Positions 10,231 to 19,542 are shown, numbered from the stretch's first letter. The stretch is DNA of 64,000 nt from Vulcanimicrobiota bacterium (GCA_963833095.1 CAWHWQ010000002.1:160001-224000), one strand, 5' to 3'. Notes: generated by a model from the letters alone, not told the origin. Numbers and translations: made by a program.

Positions 10231-11212
10231 TCCAAAAGTTCTCATCAGCCGGTTTGGCTGATGGGTGCGGCTTCGCATCGGGAGCCGCGTGCTGCGGTTT
10301 CGCGGCAGGCGCAGCGTGCTGTTGCGTAGCGTGCTGCTGCGGTGCCGCGTGCTGCTGCGGTGCGGCTGCGTGCTGCTGCGGTGCGGCTGCGTGCTGCTGC
10401 GGTGCGGCTGCGTGCTGCACCGGCGCGGCAACTGCATGCTGCTGCGCTGCGGCGGCAGCGGCTGGTTGCTGCGGCTTCACTGCTGTGAATCCCGCCGGGC
10501 GGTTATTCGCCGCGAGGGGCTTGGGCACAGAAACCTGACTGGGACTGCCATGATTGACGCTATCCAAGTAGCTGCGGTTCTGTTGCGCGACCGCGACGTG
10601 CGCGGTTTGCGCCGAGGTCATCGGATAGGTGCGCTGATGTTCGGTCGCAATCTGCGCTTGCGAAGGACGAGCCGTGACGCCGTGCGCTCCGCCGTTGTAC
10701 GACGTGCGCGGGATCGTATTCTGATTCACGTAGGAACCCGGATCGCTGTAATAATTACGCGACCCAATCGAGCGATTAACGTTGCTCACCGATGTGTTGT
10801 ATTGGAACGAATTGCCGTTCCATCGTCCACCGCGATAGCCCGATCCGTAGTAACCATATCCGTAGTTGATTCCGCCGTAATAGCCGACGTTTCGGCCCCA
10901 ATACCCGGCGGACCAACCGTATCGACCATTGTTCCAGCCCCAATAGCCGGGCGTCCACAACAGACCGACTTGCGGAGCTTGAACCCACGTTCCGGGAACC
11001 CAAAAGAAGCCGTACGAGCCGAAGCCCCAATATCCCGGCTGCCAGATCATGTTCGGCTGCATCGCGTCGGGTTGGTAATACTGCGGCAAGGGCGGCGGGG
11101 CGTAACCGACGGAAATACCGATCGACACCTGCGCGCTGACAGGCGATGGAACGGCAAAAACAAAGAACGCAGCCACGGCCAGGGTCAACGAAAGCAAAAC
11201 AGCTGAACGCAC
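10220..11212 (-). CDS. Secreted YXWGXW-repeat protein with an Ala/Gln/His-rich tail
   Basis: SD GGAGGAGG before GTG 11212; signal peptide; APPPLPQY, WQPGYWG, WVPGTWV, WTPGYWGW; AAAPQQH repeats. Confidence 0.88.
   Translation of the reverse strand: MRSAVLLSLTLAVAAFFVFAVPSPVSAQVSIGISVGYAPPPLPQYYQPDAMQPNMIWQPGYWGFGSYGFFWVPGTWVQAPQVGLLWTPGYWGWNNGRYGWSAGYWGRNVGYYGGINYGYGYYGSGYRGGRWNGNSFQYNTSVSNVNRSIGSRNYYSDPGSYVNQNTIPRTSYNGGAHGVTARPSQAQIATEHQRTYPMTSAQTAHVAVAQQNRSYLDSVNHGSPSQVSVPKPLAANNRPAGFTAVKPQQPAAAAAAQQHAVAAPVQHAAAPQQHAAAPQQHAAAPQQHAAPQQHATQQHAAPAAKPQHAAPDAKPHPSAKPADENFWTKP
10331..10420 (-). repeat. Coding 21-bp tandem repeat (AAAPQQH)
   Basis: Three exact copies of gtgctgctgcggtgcggctgc at 10349-10411 plus degenerate flanking copies. 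Confidence 0.9.
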
Positions 11213-11240
11213 GTCAACGCCCTCCTCCGGGCGCGTGCTA

Positions 11241-11286
11241 AGCCTACCGCGCAATGGCAGCAACCAGGCATAGTGGAATGCCCGAT
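11241..11286 (-). promoter_or_regulatory. Putative activator box (11270-11286) plus -10 element TAGGCT (11241-11246)
   Basis: Plus-strand ATAGTGGAATGCCCGAT, 23 nt from the -10; same layout as 18418-18463. Confidence 0.6.
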
Positions 11287-11294
11287 TAAGCCGG

Positions 11295-12512
11295 TTATTC
11301 GAAGCGAAGCGCGTCGATTGGATTGAGATTCGCCGCTTTTCTTGCCGGATAGTATCCGAAAAAGATGCCGACGAGCGCCGAGAATCCGACCGCGAGAAAC
11401 ACCCAAGCGACCGGTATCTGGGTGGGCCACTTTGCCAGCAATGACACGACGAGCGTACCGATAAAGCCGAACAACACGCCGATGACACCCCCGACGGCGG
11501 ACAAGACCGTCGATTCCGTCAGGAACTGACGTAGAATCGAGGATCCACGCGCGCCCAGCGACATGCGAAGGCCGATCTCACGCGTGCGCTCGGTAACCGA
11601 AACCATCATGATGTTCATGATGCCGATACCGCCGACGATCAAAGAAACCGCCGCAACGCCGGCGAGCAAAAACTCCATCACCGCTCCGGTTGACGACGCG
11701 GCTGCTGCAATCGACTGCAGGTTGCGCACTTGGAAATCGTCGGGTTGTCCCGCGACGATGCGGTGGCGTTGTTCGAGCAGTTGCGTCACCTCGGTCTGAA
11801 CTGGAGTGACCAGCGCTGCGCTCGACGCAGAAACCATTAGTTGATTCACCGTCGTTTGGCCGGTTAGCCGCTGCATTGCTGAAGTGTACGGAACCAAAAT
11901 CGTATCATCTTGATCGGTACCGAGGCTGCTTTGTCCCAGCGCCGTAAGCGTTCCGATCACCGTGAACGGCACACCTTTGACGATGATATTCTGACCCACC
12001 GGATCGCCGGCGCCCGCAAAAAGTTCGCTGACGTCGGTCTGGCCCAAGACGGCGACCTTGGCAGAGCTCGCGATATCTTCGTCGGTAAAAAATGTTCCCG
12101 ATGCGAGCGGCCAGCCTTTGATAAAGGTGTAGGTCGGCGCGACCCCGCTGATCGTGGTTTGCCAGTTATTCCCACCGGCAACGACTTGCGTGCGAACGGT
12201 AACGAGCGGCGAGACAGCCGCCACGCCGGCAAGTGGCGTCATCGCCATGCCATCGGCGGGCGTCAAGGTCGAGGCACCCCCGAAGCCCGTGCGCGCACCG
12301 CCCTGCGTCACCGAACCCGGTTGCACCACGATCAAGTTCGATCCAAGCGCGTTGATGCTATTGGTGACCGACGTGCGCGCGCCGCTGCCGATCGCGACCG
12401 TCACGATAACTGCCGCCACGCCGATGACGATGCCGAGCATCGTCAGGAGCGAGCGCACTTTGTTGCGAATCAGCGCCTCAAGCGCAAGGCGCACGGTCGC
12501 CATAAAACTCAT
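11295..12512 (-). CDS. ABC transporter permease, MacB/FtsX family
   Basis: RSLLTMLGIVIGVAAV, GGIGIMNIMMVSVTERTREIGLR, GYYPARKAA. Confidence 0.95.
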   Translation of the reverse strand: MSFMATVRLALEALIRNKVRSLLTMLGIVIGVAAVIVTVAIGSGARTSVTNSINALGSNLIVVQPGSVTQGGARTGFGGASTLTPADGMAMTPLAGVAAVSPLVTVRTQVVAGGNNWQTTISGVAPTYTFIKGWPLASGTFFTDEDIASSAKVAVLGQTDVSELFAGAGDPVGQNIIVKGVPFTVIGTLTALGQSSLGTDQDDTILVPYTSAMQRLTGQTTVNQLMVSASSAALVTPVQTEVTQLLEQRHRIVAGQPDDFQVRNLQSIAAAASSTGAVMEFLLAGVAAVSLIVGGIGIMNIMMVSVTERTREIGLRMSLGARGSSILRQFLTESTVLSAVGGVIGVLFGFIGTLVVSLLAKWPTQIPVAWVFLAVGFSALVGIFFGYYPARKAANLNPIDALRFE

Positions 12513-13228
12513 GCCACGTTTTTTTCTGCGTCGCGGCGATGCACGTTCGGGCCATCGGAAACGATCTTACCATCGCGAAACGTCACGAGGCGCTTGGCAT
12601 AAAGCGCGATGTCAGGCTCATGGGTAACAAGCATGATTGTGATACCTTGTTCGTCATTGAGCCGCCCCAGAATCGACATGACGTCGTCCGACGTCTTGGT
12701 ATCGAGCGCGCCGGTCGGCTCGTCTGCGAGAATCAACCCGGGGTTATTGACCAGCGAGCGCGCGATGGCCACGCGTTGTTGCTGGCCGCCTGACATTTGG
12801 TTTGGCGCGTGCTGCGCGAGTTCGGCAACGCCGACGATGGCCAGCTTTTCGAGCGCGATACGACGGCGGTCGGCTTCCGGAACGCCCGCGTAGACCATCG
12901 GAAGCTCGACATTTTCAAGCGCGCTGGTTCGTGCAAGCAGATTGTAGGATTGAAAAACGAATCCTAAGCGGCGGCTTCGGATGTCGGCGCGATCGTCCGC
13001 ACTCAGATTCGCAACATCCTTGCCTTCAAACGTGTAACTGCCCGAAGTCGGCGTGTCGAGCAGCCCGGTGATCTGCATGAAGGTCGACTTTCCCGAGCCC
13101 GACGGTCCCATGATCGCAATAAACTCGCCCGGCTCGATCGTCAGATCCACACCGTCGAGCGCGAGCACTTGCGTTTCGCCGATGGTGTACACCTTGCGAA
13201 GCCGTTCTATGCGCACGACCGCAGTCAC
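12509..13228 (-). CDS. ABC transporter ATP-binding protein, MacB/LolD type
   Basis: GPSGSGKST, LGFVFQSYNL, MSGGQQQRVAIAR, ILADEPTGALD, VTHE. Confidence 0.95.
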   Translation of the reverse strand: MTAVVRIERLRKVYTIGETQVLALDGVDLTIEPGEFIAIMGPSGSGKSTFMQITGLLDTPTSGSYTFEGKDVANLSADDRADIRSRRLGFVFQSYNLLARTSALENVELPMVYAGVPEADRRRIALEKLAIVGVAELAQHAPNQMSGGQQQRVAIARSLVNNPGLILADEPTGALDTKTSDDVMSILGRLNDEQGITIMLVTHEPDIALYAKRLVTFRDGKIVSDGPNVHRRDAEKNVA

Positions 13229-14685
13229 TAATGAATCCCTCGTGTTGCGTTGGAGCTTGAACCGCCCAGCGCCGGCGCGGCAGCGTGGGTCGCGTTCTTC
13301 GTAACCACCGTTCCGCTCGTGCTTTGACTCACCACGACCAAATCGCCGACATCCAATGTGCTGCCGGCGCTCAAGCTAACGGCGGCTTGCGTGCTGTTTG
13401 CGAGCAGCACCGTTACGTGTTCGGCCTGCAATTTTCCGGCGTGCTCGACAAAGACGACGCCCGTCGTCGCGGTGTTTCCGCTCGAGGCGCCGCCGAGTGT
13501 CTGTCCCCAGGCCGCTGAACTGTTCGTCGCGGTGGCGCCGGCGCTACGCGCGGCGCCGAACTGCAACGCCGCAAGCGGCACGATTAAGGCATTGTTGGCG
13601 CTCGCCGTGTCGATCGTGGCGTTTGCCGTCATCCCCGGAAGTAGCGTTCCGGTGGGATTAGCGACGTCGACGACGACGTCATACGTGACCACGTTGTTGA
13701 GCGTCTGTGGATTGATGCGCACCTGGGTCACGTTACCGGTGAAGGTCAATTTCGGATACGCCAGCACGGTGAACGTCACCGTGTTTCCAGAAACGATGCC
13801 GCCGATGTCGGGCTCGCCGACATTGATGTCGACCTCCATCTTGGCCAGGTTTTGCGCGATGGAAAACAGAGTCGGCGCCGCCAACGAAGCTGCGACCGTT
13901 TGGCCGACCGAGACCTCGCGTGCCACCACGGTTCCGTTCACCGGAGAGGTGATGACCGTGTGTTGCAGGTTGAGCTGCGCTTCCTCCACCGTGGCTTGCG
14001 CAGCTTGCACCGCGGCCACGGCGGCATTCGCGCCTGCGCCTTGCGCTTGGGTCTGCGCCTGAGACTGCGTGTAGGCGGCCTGCGCCTGCGCTAACGCAGC
14101 TTCATCTTGCATGACGGTCGATTGATCGGCCTGCACCGTTTCTTGCGCAACGTAGCCGTGGCTCAACAGCGATTGATCGCGCGTGAGCTGTTCCTGCGCG
14201 GCGGTAAGCGCGGCTTGCGCTTTAGGGATCGCGGTCTGGGCGGCCGTTGCGCCGGCAGCTTGCGCAGTCGTGTTTGCACCGGCTTGGGTCGCGCTCGCCC
14301 GAGCCTGCGCGAGCGCCGCCGTTGCCTGATCGAGTTGCGACTGGAAGCTACTCGGATCGATCCGCGCGAGCACTTCGCCCATTTTCACCTTCGAGTTGAA
14401 ATCGACGTAGAGCTGCGAAATGATCCCGGAGACTTGAGTGCCGACGGTGACCGTGTTCTGCGGATTTACCGTTCCCGATGCCGTCACGCTTAGCACGAGC
14501 GTCTGTCGCACGATCGGTTTCGTAACGTAGCTCACGGCGGCGTGGCCGCGTAGCGCGACGACGGCGACGATCGCCGCAAGAACGAGAACACCGGCGCCAA
14601 GTGCCGCGAATATCCAGATGGGAATGTGTGGAAATCGTTTGAGGCCCCCGAACCATCCCGGGATCGCAACTGTTGGCGTGGACAT
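13228..14685 (-). CDS. Efflux periplasmic adaptor (MacA/HlyD family)
   Basis: N-terminal TM helix, VGTQVSG..VDFNSKVK, Ala/Gln coiled coil, ITSPVNGTV, GQTVAAS, LLPGMTA. Confidence 0.93.
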   Translation of the reverse strand: MSTPTVAIPGWFGGLKRFPHIPIWIFAALGAGVLVLAAIVAVVALRGHAAVSYVTKPIVRQTLVLSVTASGTVNPQNTVTVGTQVSGIISQLYVDFNSKVKMGEVLARIDPSSFQSQLDQATAALAQARASATQAGANTTAQAAGATAAQTAIPKAQAALTAAQEQLTRDQSLLSHGYVAQETVQADQSTVMQDEAALAQAQAAYTQSQAQTQAQGAGANAAVAAVQAAQATVEEAQLNLQHTVITSPVNGTVVAREVSVGQTVAASLAAPTLFSIAQNLAKMEVDINVGEPDIGGIVSGNTVTFTVLAYPKLTFTGNVTQVRINPQTLNNVVTYDVVVDVANPTGTLLPGMTANATIDTASANNALIVPLAALQFGAARSAGATATNSSAAWGQTLGGASSGNTATTGVVFVEHAGKLQAEHVTVLLANSTQAAVSLSAGSTLDVGDLVVVSQSTSGTVVTKNATHAAAPALGGSSSNATRGIH

Positions 14686-14722
14686 CTTCTCTCGGTCGCC
14701 TCTTTTGGTCTATGCTTGTACC

Positions 14723-15298
14723 GTGAACGTGTTAATGGTCATGCCGCCCGCCTGGGTGGCTTTTGCGCTCGCATGGGTCGGCATCACGGGATACAGCGCG
14801 AGAGTTACGGCATCCGAGCAACTTGGTTCGAAAACGCAGCAAGAAATTTTTGACTACACGTTTCTCAAGCCGTCCAGCGCGACGATGCACGTGCTAACCG
14901 GTCCTAACGCCGGCGTGACGGTCGTGTGGAGCGGTGGAACCACGGTGGTCGCTCACCGCGGCTCTGGCCTTGCCGCCATGTTCAAGAAGACATTTCCACT
15001 TCACGATCCGCAAGTGACCACGATTCGCGGCTCGTCGCTCGATCAGCTGAGTTTCGGCGCCATCCTCACCCACGGTGCCGACACGGCGGGTGTCGTCGCC
15101 GAAGGCAACGGTCCCACCATCGACGGTGTTGCGACCGATGAGGTCACGCTGGTTCCCACCAACGCCGTGATCGACACCGGATTGACGCTGGAAGTAATTG
15201 ACCTCTCGAAGGTCACGCACTTACCCGTGCGCTTAACCGGCTATGAAGGCGCCGCACTCGTGCGAACGATCGACTTTTCGAACGTCGACCCGCACTAA
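14723..15298 (+). CDS. Hypothetical LolA-like / outer-membrane lipoprotein-sorting fold protein
   Basis: YTFLKP, beta-rich core, IDLSKVTHLPVRL..YEG...RTIDFSNV ending typical of LolA-like proteins; start uncertain (GTG 14723 follows TATGCT by 6 nt; ATG 14735 possible). Confidence 0.55.
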   Translation: MNVLMVMPPAWVAFALAWVGITGYSARVTASEQLGSKTQQEIFDYTFLKPSSATMHVLTGPNAGVTVVWSGGTTVVAHRGSGLAAMFKKTFPLHDPQVTTIRGSSLDQLSFGAILTHGADTAGVVAEGNGPTIDGVATDEVTLVPTNAVIDTGLTLEVIDLSKVTHLPVRLTGYEGAALVRTIDFSNVDPH

Positions 15299-15311
15299 AC
15301 GTAAAACGCGT

Positions 15312-15659
15312 CTACGGCTGGCCGACCCTCTGGTTGGCGTTGTTCAGAAGATAGACTTTATCCGCGTGTCGCATGCCGAGCATCTTTTGATCGTAGACGA
15401 TGCCGACGTAGCGCCCGGCTCGTATGTCTTTCATTTGGTACGTGGTCTTCCCGTCGGCCGAAAAGAGCTGATCGAAGTGCGGGACGATTTCGAAGGCCAG
15501 CGTTTGTTTCGTCCGCGTGTCCTCGACTTTGATGCTGTTGTCCGAAACGTGGATGACGGTACCGTAGAACGTCGACGCGGCGAGTGCCGGCGCAGGTGCG
15601 CCGAGCAGCAACACGGTTGCCGTGACCGGTGAGAGGAACAGTGCGAGAGGTCGTTGCAT
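15312..15659 (-). CDS. Small secreted hypothetical protein (OB-fold-like)
   Basis: Signal peptide ending APALA; GTVIHVSDNSIKV...DIRAGRYVGIVY pattern; last gene of the operon. Confidence 0.7.
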   Translation of the reverse strand: MQRPLALFLSPVTATVLLLGAPAPALAASTFYGTVIHVSDNSIKVEDTRTKQTLAFEIVPHFDQLFSADGKTTYQMKDIRAGRYVGIVYDQKMLGMRHADKVYLLNNANQRVGQP

Positions 15660-15672
15660 GGCGATTCTTTCT

Positions 15673-16692
15673 TTAGTTGCCGCCCGGGTTGGTGATAATG
15701 AGTCCCGTCGGTGGTGCGGAGATGGTAACGCCGGCGCCGCCCGCGAGCGCTCGCCCTCCAAAGGCATTGATGGCGGAAGTTATCGCGATCGCGCCGGTCG
15801 GGGCGATGATGTTTCCGTAGAAGGCGGCGCCGACAGCCACGCCGCCGAGTGTTGCTCCGCTCTCATCCGCCCAATAGATGTTGCACGCGTTCGCGCCGTT
15901 TACAAGGATCAGGTTGCCGCCGGGTGCGGCCATCGTAAGTGCTGACCCGATCTGGAAGATGAACACACTCTGCGGGTTACCCCCGCCGTCGAGCGTCAGT
16001 GGTCCGGCCGTGATCGACATCGTCGAGGCCGACTTGTAGACGCCGGCGCCGAGCACGCCTAACCCGCATACCGCCGTTCCGGTCGGACCGCAATTCGCAA
16101 CACCCGAATATCCGACGGGTACCTGCGAGAGATCGTAGCCGCCGCCGAAGGTGGGGGCAGTCGGCGTTTCCGCGTCGGCAAGGTTATACGCGTTTGTCAC
16201 CGCTAACTGCGCGCCCGTGAGGAACGCGGTGTTCGAATTGTAGCCGGTCGCATAGATCGCCGTCGCTCCGCCCGCGGTGTTTGCACCGGTAATTCCGGTC
16301 ACCGTCGTCGTGGGATACGCTCCGATCAGATCGTCATTGAACGTTCCATAAATGTTGGTGCTGCTCGCGCCGACAGCATATGTCACGAACATGCCGCCGG
16401 TGTTCGTGATGCCGCCCGCGCCGAGCAAAGCAAAGGGCGCGGCGAGGCCCAGCGGGATCGTGAAGGCACCGCCCTGCGAACAGGCCGCGAGAGGAAGTGG
16501 CGTTGGCGCCGGCGTCGGCGTAATAATCGGCGTCGGTACGGTTCCCGGAGGCGTGGGCGTCGCGCCCACTGGTGTCGGAAGCGTGTGGAGAGACGGGACG
16601 CTGCAATTGCCGCAGCTACACGCGGTTAGAAACGCGATCGCTACGACGACGGAGAGCAACCGAACGAAGCGCAAGGGTTTGAGCATCTTCAT
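15673..16692 (-). CDS. DUF3494 ice-binding-family lipoprotein
   Basis: Lipobox FLTAC; PT linker; FALLGAGGITNTG, GVYKSAS, LTLDGGGNPQSVFIFQIGSALT, LVNGANACNIYW, FYGNIIA, GRALA. Confidence 0.88.
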   Translation of the reverse strand: MKMLKPLRFVRLLSVVVAIAFLTACSCGNCSVPSLHTLPTPVGATPTPPGTVPTPIITPTPAPTPLPLAACSQGGAFTIPLGLAAPFALLGAGGITNTGGMFVTYAVGASSTNIYGTFNDDLIGAYPTTTVTGITGANTAGGATAIYATGYNSNTAFLTGAQLAVTNAYNLADAETPTAPTFGGGYDLSQVPVGYSGVANCGPTGTAVCGLGVLGAGVYKSASTMSITAGPLTLDGGGNPQSVFIFQIGSALTMAAPGGNLILVNGANACNIYWADESGATLGGVAVGAAFYGNIIAPTGAIAITSAINAFGGRALAGGAGVTISAPPTGLIITNPGGN

Positions 16693-16697
16693 CGTCC

Positions 16698-17963
16698 TTA
16701 AAGCTTTATGCCGAGGCCAAGATAGGGACCATCATGCGTCTGACCGATCGGCGCGTTCTTTTTGGCACCGTATTCGTCACCGCCAAAGCCCCCGTAAAGG
16801 TAGAGCGGGAAGTGCCGCAGCGCGAGCGCAAGGCCGATGTCGAGCTTCCAGATCGAGTACTGCATCTGATATGTCTTGCCCGCGTTCGAACTGAACGGAC
16901 TGCTGACGGTGTAGCTGCCGGTCGCGCTCGGATAATAGAACGCGGAGCCGTAGTAGCTGATCCCCGGACGGAGATCGGGCAACTTTTCGACGCCGACGCC
17001 GAGCCCGTCCCAATGCGGATATCCGTAATTATTAGACGTCCAGATGTATCCTAGCCCAACGTAGAACCGAGGACTCGCGACCTGGTACTCCAGCCGCCCA
17101 TCTAAACTAACTTGGTGCGCCCAGAACACCGGCGTAAACGACGTGCCGCCGTCGATGGTGGCAAAATGTGTAAACTGGTTGCCGACCAAGTCGGTCAGAC
17201 TGTCGCTCGTGATATAGGAATCGTTGCGATAATCGACTTTCACGGCGAGCTTTGAATTGAGCGGCGCGTAGGCGAAGTTCATCTGCCACGACTCGCAGAA
17301 CGGGCCCGCGACGAACTCGTTGTAGTTACTGGAGCTCCACGTGCTGGCGCCTTGGAGGAAGAATGTGTACGACCCCGGCGTTGGGATGGGTGTGGGCGTC
17401 GGCGCAGCGGTTGGTACCGGCGTCGGCGGTGCGGTCGGCGGCGCAGTCGGTGGCGGCGTCGGCGGAATATACCGAACGACGACGATCTGACGCGTCGGCT
17501 CCCACTCAACGTAGGCACCTAACGCTTCGGAAAGCACGCGCACCGGGACGAGCACGACGCCTTGGTAGAGGATCGGCGGTACATCCAGCGGGCGCGACGC
17601 GCCGTCGACGACGACCTCATTCTTGCCCAGCGTGACCGAAGCGCTCGTGTCACCGCGCGTCACCGTGTAGGTATCGCCCGAGACGGACACGGTCGCGCCC
17701 ATCGCTTCGAACATACTCTGGAGCGGCACGTAGATCTGACCGTCTTTGACCAACGCTGCGAGCACGCGTCCTTGTTTGAGCGTGTCGGGCTTGGCGTACA
17801 CGGTGTGATCGTTGTAGAGAATCGGAACTGCACCCGACGGCGGGGCGCCGAAATTGGTGGTTGTATCCGCCGCCGCTACGAGAGCCGGCGATACATCAGC
17901 CACGGCTACGGCACTAGCGCAGATGGCCAGAGCCAAGCATAAAGCGAGCGAGCGCGTTACCAT
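16698..17963 (-). CDS. Copper-amine-oxidase N-terminal (stalk) domain protein with a C-terminal outer-membrane beta-barrel-like region
   Basis: Signal peptide; IYVPLQSMFEAMGA and LDVPPIL..VLVPVRVLSEALGAYVEW; PT linker; aromatic alternating strands ending GPYLGLGIKL. Confidence 0.8.
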   Translation of the reverse strand: MVTRSLALCLALAICASAVAVADVSPALVAAADTTTNFGAPPSGAVPILYNDHTVYAKPDTLKQGRVLAALVKDGQIYVPLQSMFEAMGATVSVSGDTYTVTRGDTSASVTLGKNEVVVDGASRPLDVPPILYQGVVLVPVRVLSEALGAYVEWEPTRQIVVVRYIPPTPPPTAPPTAPPTPVPTAAPTPTPIPTPGSYTFFLQGASTWSSSNYNEFVAGPFCESWQMNFAYAPLNSKLAVKVDYRNDSYITSDSLTDLVGNQFTHFATIDGGTSFTPVFWAHQVSLDGRLEYQVASPRFYVGLGYIWTSNNYGYPHWDGLGVGVEKLPDLRPGISYYGSAFYYPSATGSYTVSSPFSSNAGKTYQMQYSIWKLDIGLALALRHFPLYLYGGFGGDEYGAKKNAPIGQTHDGPYLGLGIKL

Positions 17964-17964
17964 G

Positions 17965-18411
17965 TCAGAACCGCACCATCATTACACCATTGCTCATGTT
18001 ACAGGGCTGCGATCCGGTGTTGGCCGGCTCGCGCACGTCCATCCGAAACCCGAGCGCCGTCGTTTGGGCGCCGGCTTGCGCCGATCGCTCCGCGACGTAT
18101 TCGAACGCGTACGATTGACCCGCTCGCAGCGGCGGAACGCCGCGCGAATCGAGCTTGGTGCTGCCCTTATAAATGTCGACGAATTGCAGCGTATTTGAGG
18201 CTTGCGCGGTGCTTCCCAAGTTCACGACTTTGCCGCTCAACCGGTAGTGATTGAGACCGCCGGATGACTGCATGCCCTTGACGGCGACCGAGACGATCGC
18301 CGGGTCAGCCCCCATACATGACGTCGCGGACGCCGGAGCGGGCTGCAAAAAAAGAAGCAACGCGAACGACCCTAAGGCGGCACCAGGCCGGATTGCCACA
18401 TTCGTACCCAT
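17965..18411 (-). CDS. Secreted Ig-like (CARDB-like) hypothetical protein
   Basis: Signal peptide; ADPAIVSV, VVNLGS, VPPLRAGQSY pattern; two Cys. Confidence 0.65.
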   Translation of the reverse strand: MGTNVAIRPGAALGSFALLLFLQPAPASATSCMGADPAIVSVAVKGMQSSGGLNHYRLSGKVVNLGSTAQASNTLQFVDIYKGSTKLDSRGVPPLRAGQSYAFEYVAERSAQAGAQTTALGFRMDVREPANTGSQPCNMSNGVMMVRF

Positions 18412-18417
18412 GGCACA

Positions 18418-18463
18418 ACCTTAGCTTGGACGCGGTTGGGGCCGGTATAGTGAAAAACCCGGT
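18418..18463 (-). promoter_or_regulatory. Putative activator box (18447-18463) plus -10 element TAAGGT (18418-18423), leaderless start
   Basis: Plus-strand ATAGTGAAAAACCCGGT, 23 nt from the -10; the -10 is 6 nt from ATG 18411. Confidence 0.6.
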
Positions 18464-19474
18464 TTAGGGCTCCTCGGGCACGCTGTCCCACCCGAGGACG
18501 CGCGCAATCAACTCCGTGCGATTCCGGCTTTCGGTCTTATCGACCATGCTCTTGATATGATCCTGAACCGTCGAGGTGGTGATGTTCAGGGCCTCGGCGA
18601 TTTCCTCGAGCTTGGCTCCGTCGAGTAACAGCGCGAGCACCTCGAGTTCGCGCGGTGAGATATGAAAGCGCGCAGCCGGCCCGACAAGTGAATGCGTCGG
18701 CTGAAAACGGTCGATCCGAACGCCGATGAAGAGGCCGGCCGGCCCGGTCACCGGCTGCGTATGCACGACGAGAAACGGCACCGGACGCGCGACGCCCGGA
18801 AGCTGCGTGGCGGGATCACTCTGCCAACCGGCAATCAGTTCGCGCACCGTCTCTTCAAGGACGGCCGGGAGACGATCGGAAAGTCGCGTGGTCAGCCCGG
18901 TGAGGGCGGCGCGGCGCTGTTCCTGCGACGTCCAGGTCATCACGATCTGCAAATCTTGGTCCAGAACGTAGTGCTCACCTTCGGGATTTTCGATGGGGTT
19001 TGGTGCGCTATCGCGATGCCCGGCGGTCGAACGGGCCTGCGCGCTGGCATTCAATCGCAGGGAAGACAGGCGCTCCGACCCCGAGTCGAGCGCCAACGTG
19101 AGCATCGCGATTTCGCTCGACGAGAACGGACCCAGCTCGCTCGTTCGAAGCAGCGTCAGAATCCCAAAGTTGGCTTTGCCGTCGGCAAAGAGCAGGGTGA
19201 CGCCGCTCGCGTAGTCGCCGAGCGGACCGAGTGTTGCGGCGATTCGCGGGCCCGTCCTCGATTTCTCGCGCTGACGCGAGACCTCGCCCTTGAGCGCAGC
19301 CAGCTCGCCGCCATCTCCACTCGAGCCGAGCAAATTGCCCAGGTCGCCGTCGGGCTGGGGCCGCGCGAAGGCCCAGCGCGACGCGGGAACGACGCGAAGG
19401 ATCGCCTTTACGATGGGATATGCCGGATCCGACTTCGGTATGGTGTCTACGATCACCATATCGCGCTTTTTCAC
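18464..19474 (-). CDS. LuxR-family HTH transcriptional regulator with an unrecognised N-terminal sensor region
   Basis: ISPRELEVLALLLDGAKLEEIAEALNITTSTVQDHIKSMVDKTESRNRTEL. Confidence 0.88.
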   Translation of the reverse strand: MKKRDMVIVDTIPKSDPAYPIVKAILRVVPASRWAFARPQPDGDLGNLLGSSGDGGELAALKGEVSRQREKSRTGPRIAATLGPLGDYASGVTLLFADGKANFGILTLLRTSELGPFSSSEIAMLTLALDSGSERLSSLRLNASAQARSTAGHRDSAPNPIENPEGEHYVLDQDLQIVMTWTSQEQRRAALTGLTTRLSDRLPAVLEETVRELIAGWQSDPATQLPGVARPVPFLVVHTQPVTGPAGLFIGVRIDRFQPTHSLVGPAARFHISPRELEVLALLLDGAKLEEIAEALNITTSTVQDHIKSMVDKTESRNRTELIARVLGWDSVPEEP

Positions 19475-19542
19475 GATGGCTGCCTTTTACTGGGGGTGGT
19501 ACCTTGGGACCAACGATTCTTCGCGAGGAGCGCTAACATACC

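Noticed and set aside
10331..10420. Tandem repeat as a non-coding element or CRISPR
   Set aside because: In frame within the YXWGXW gene tail; no spacers.
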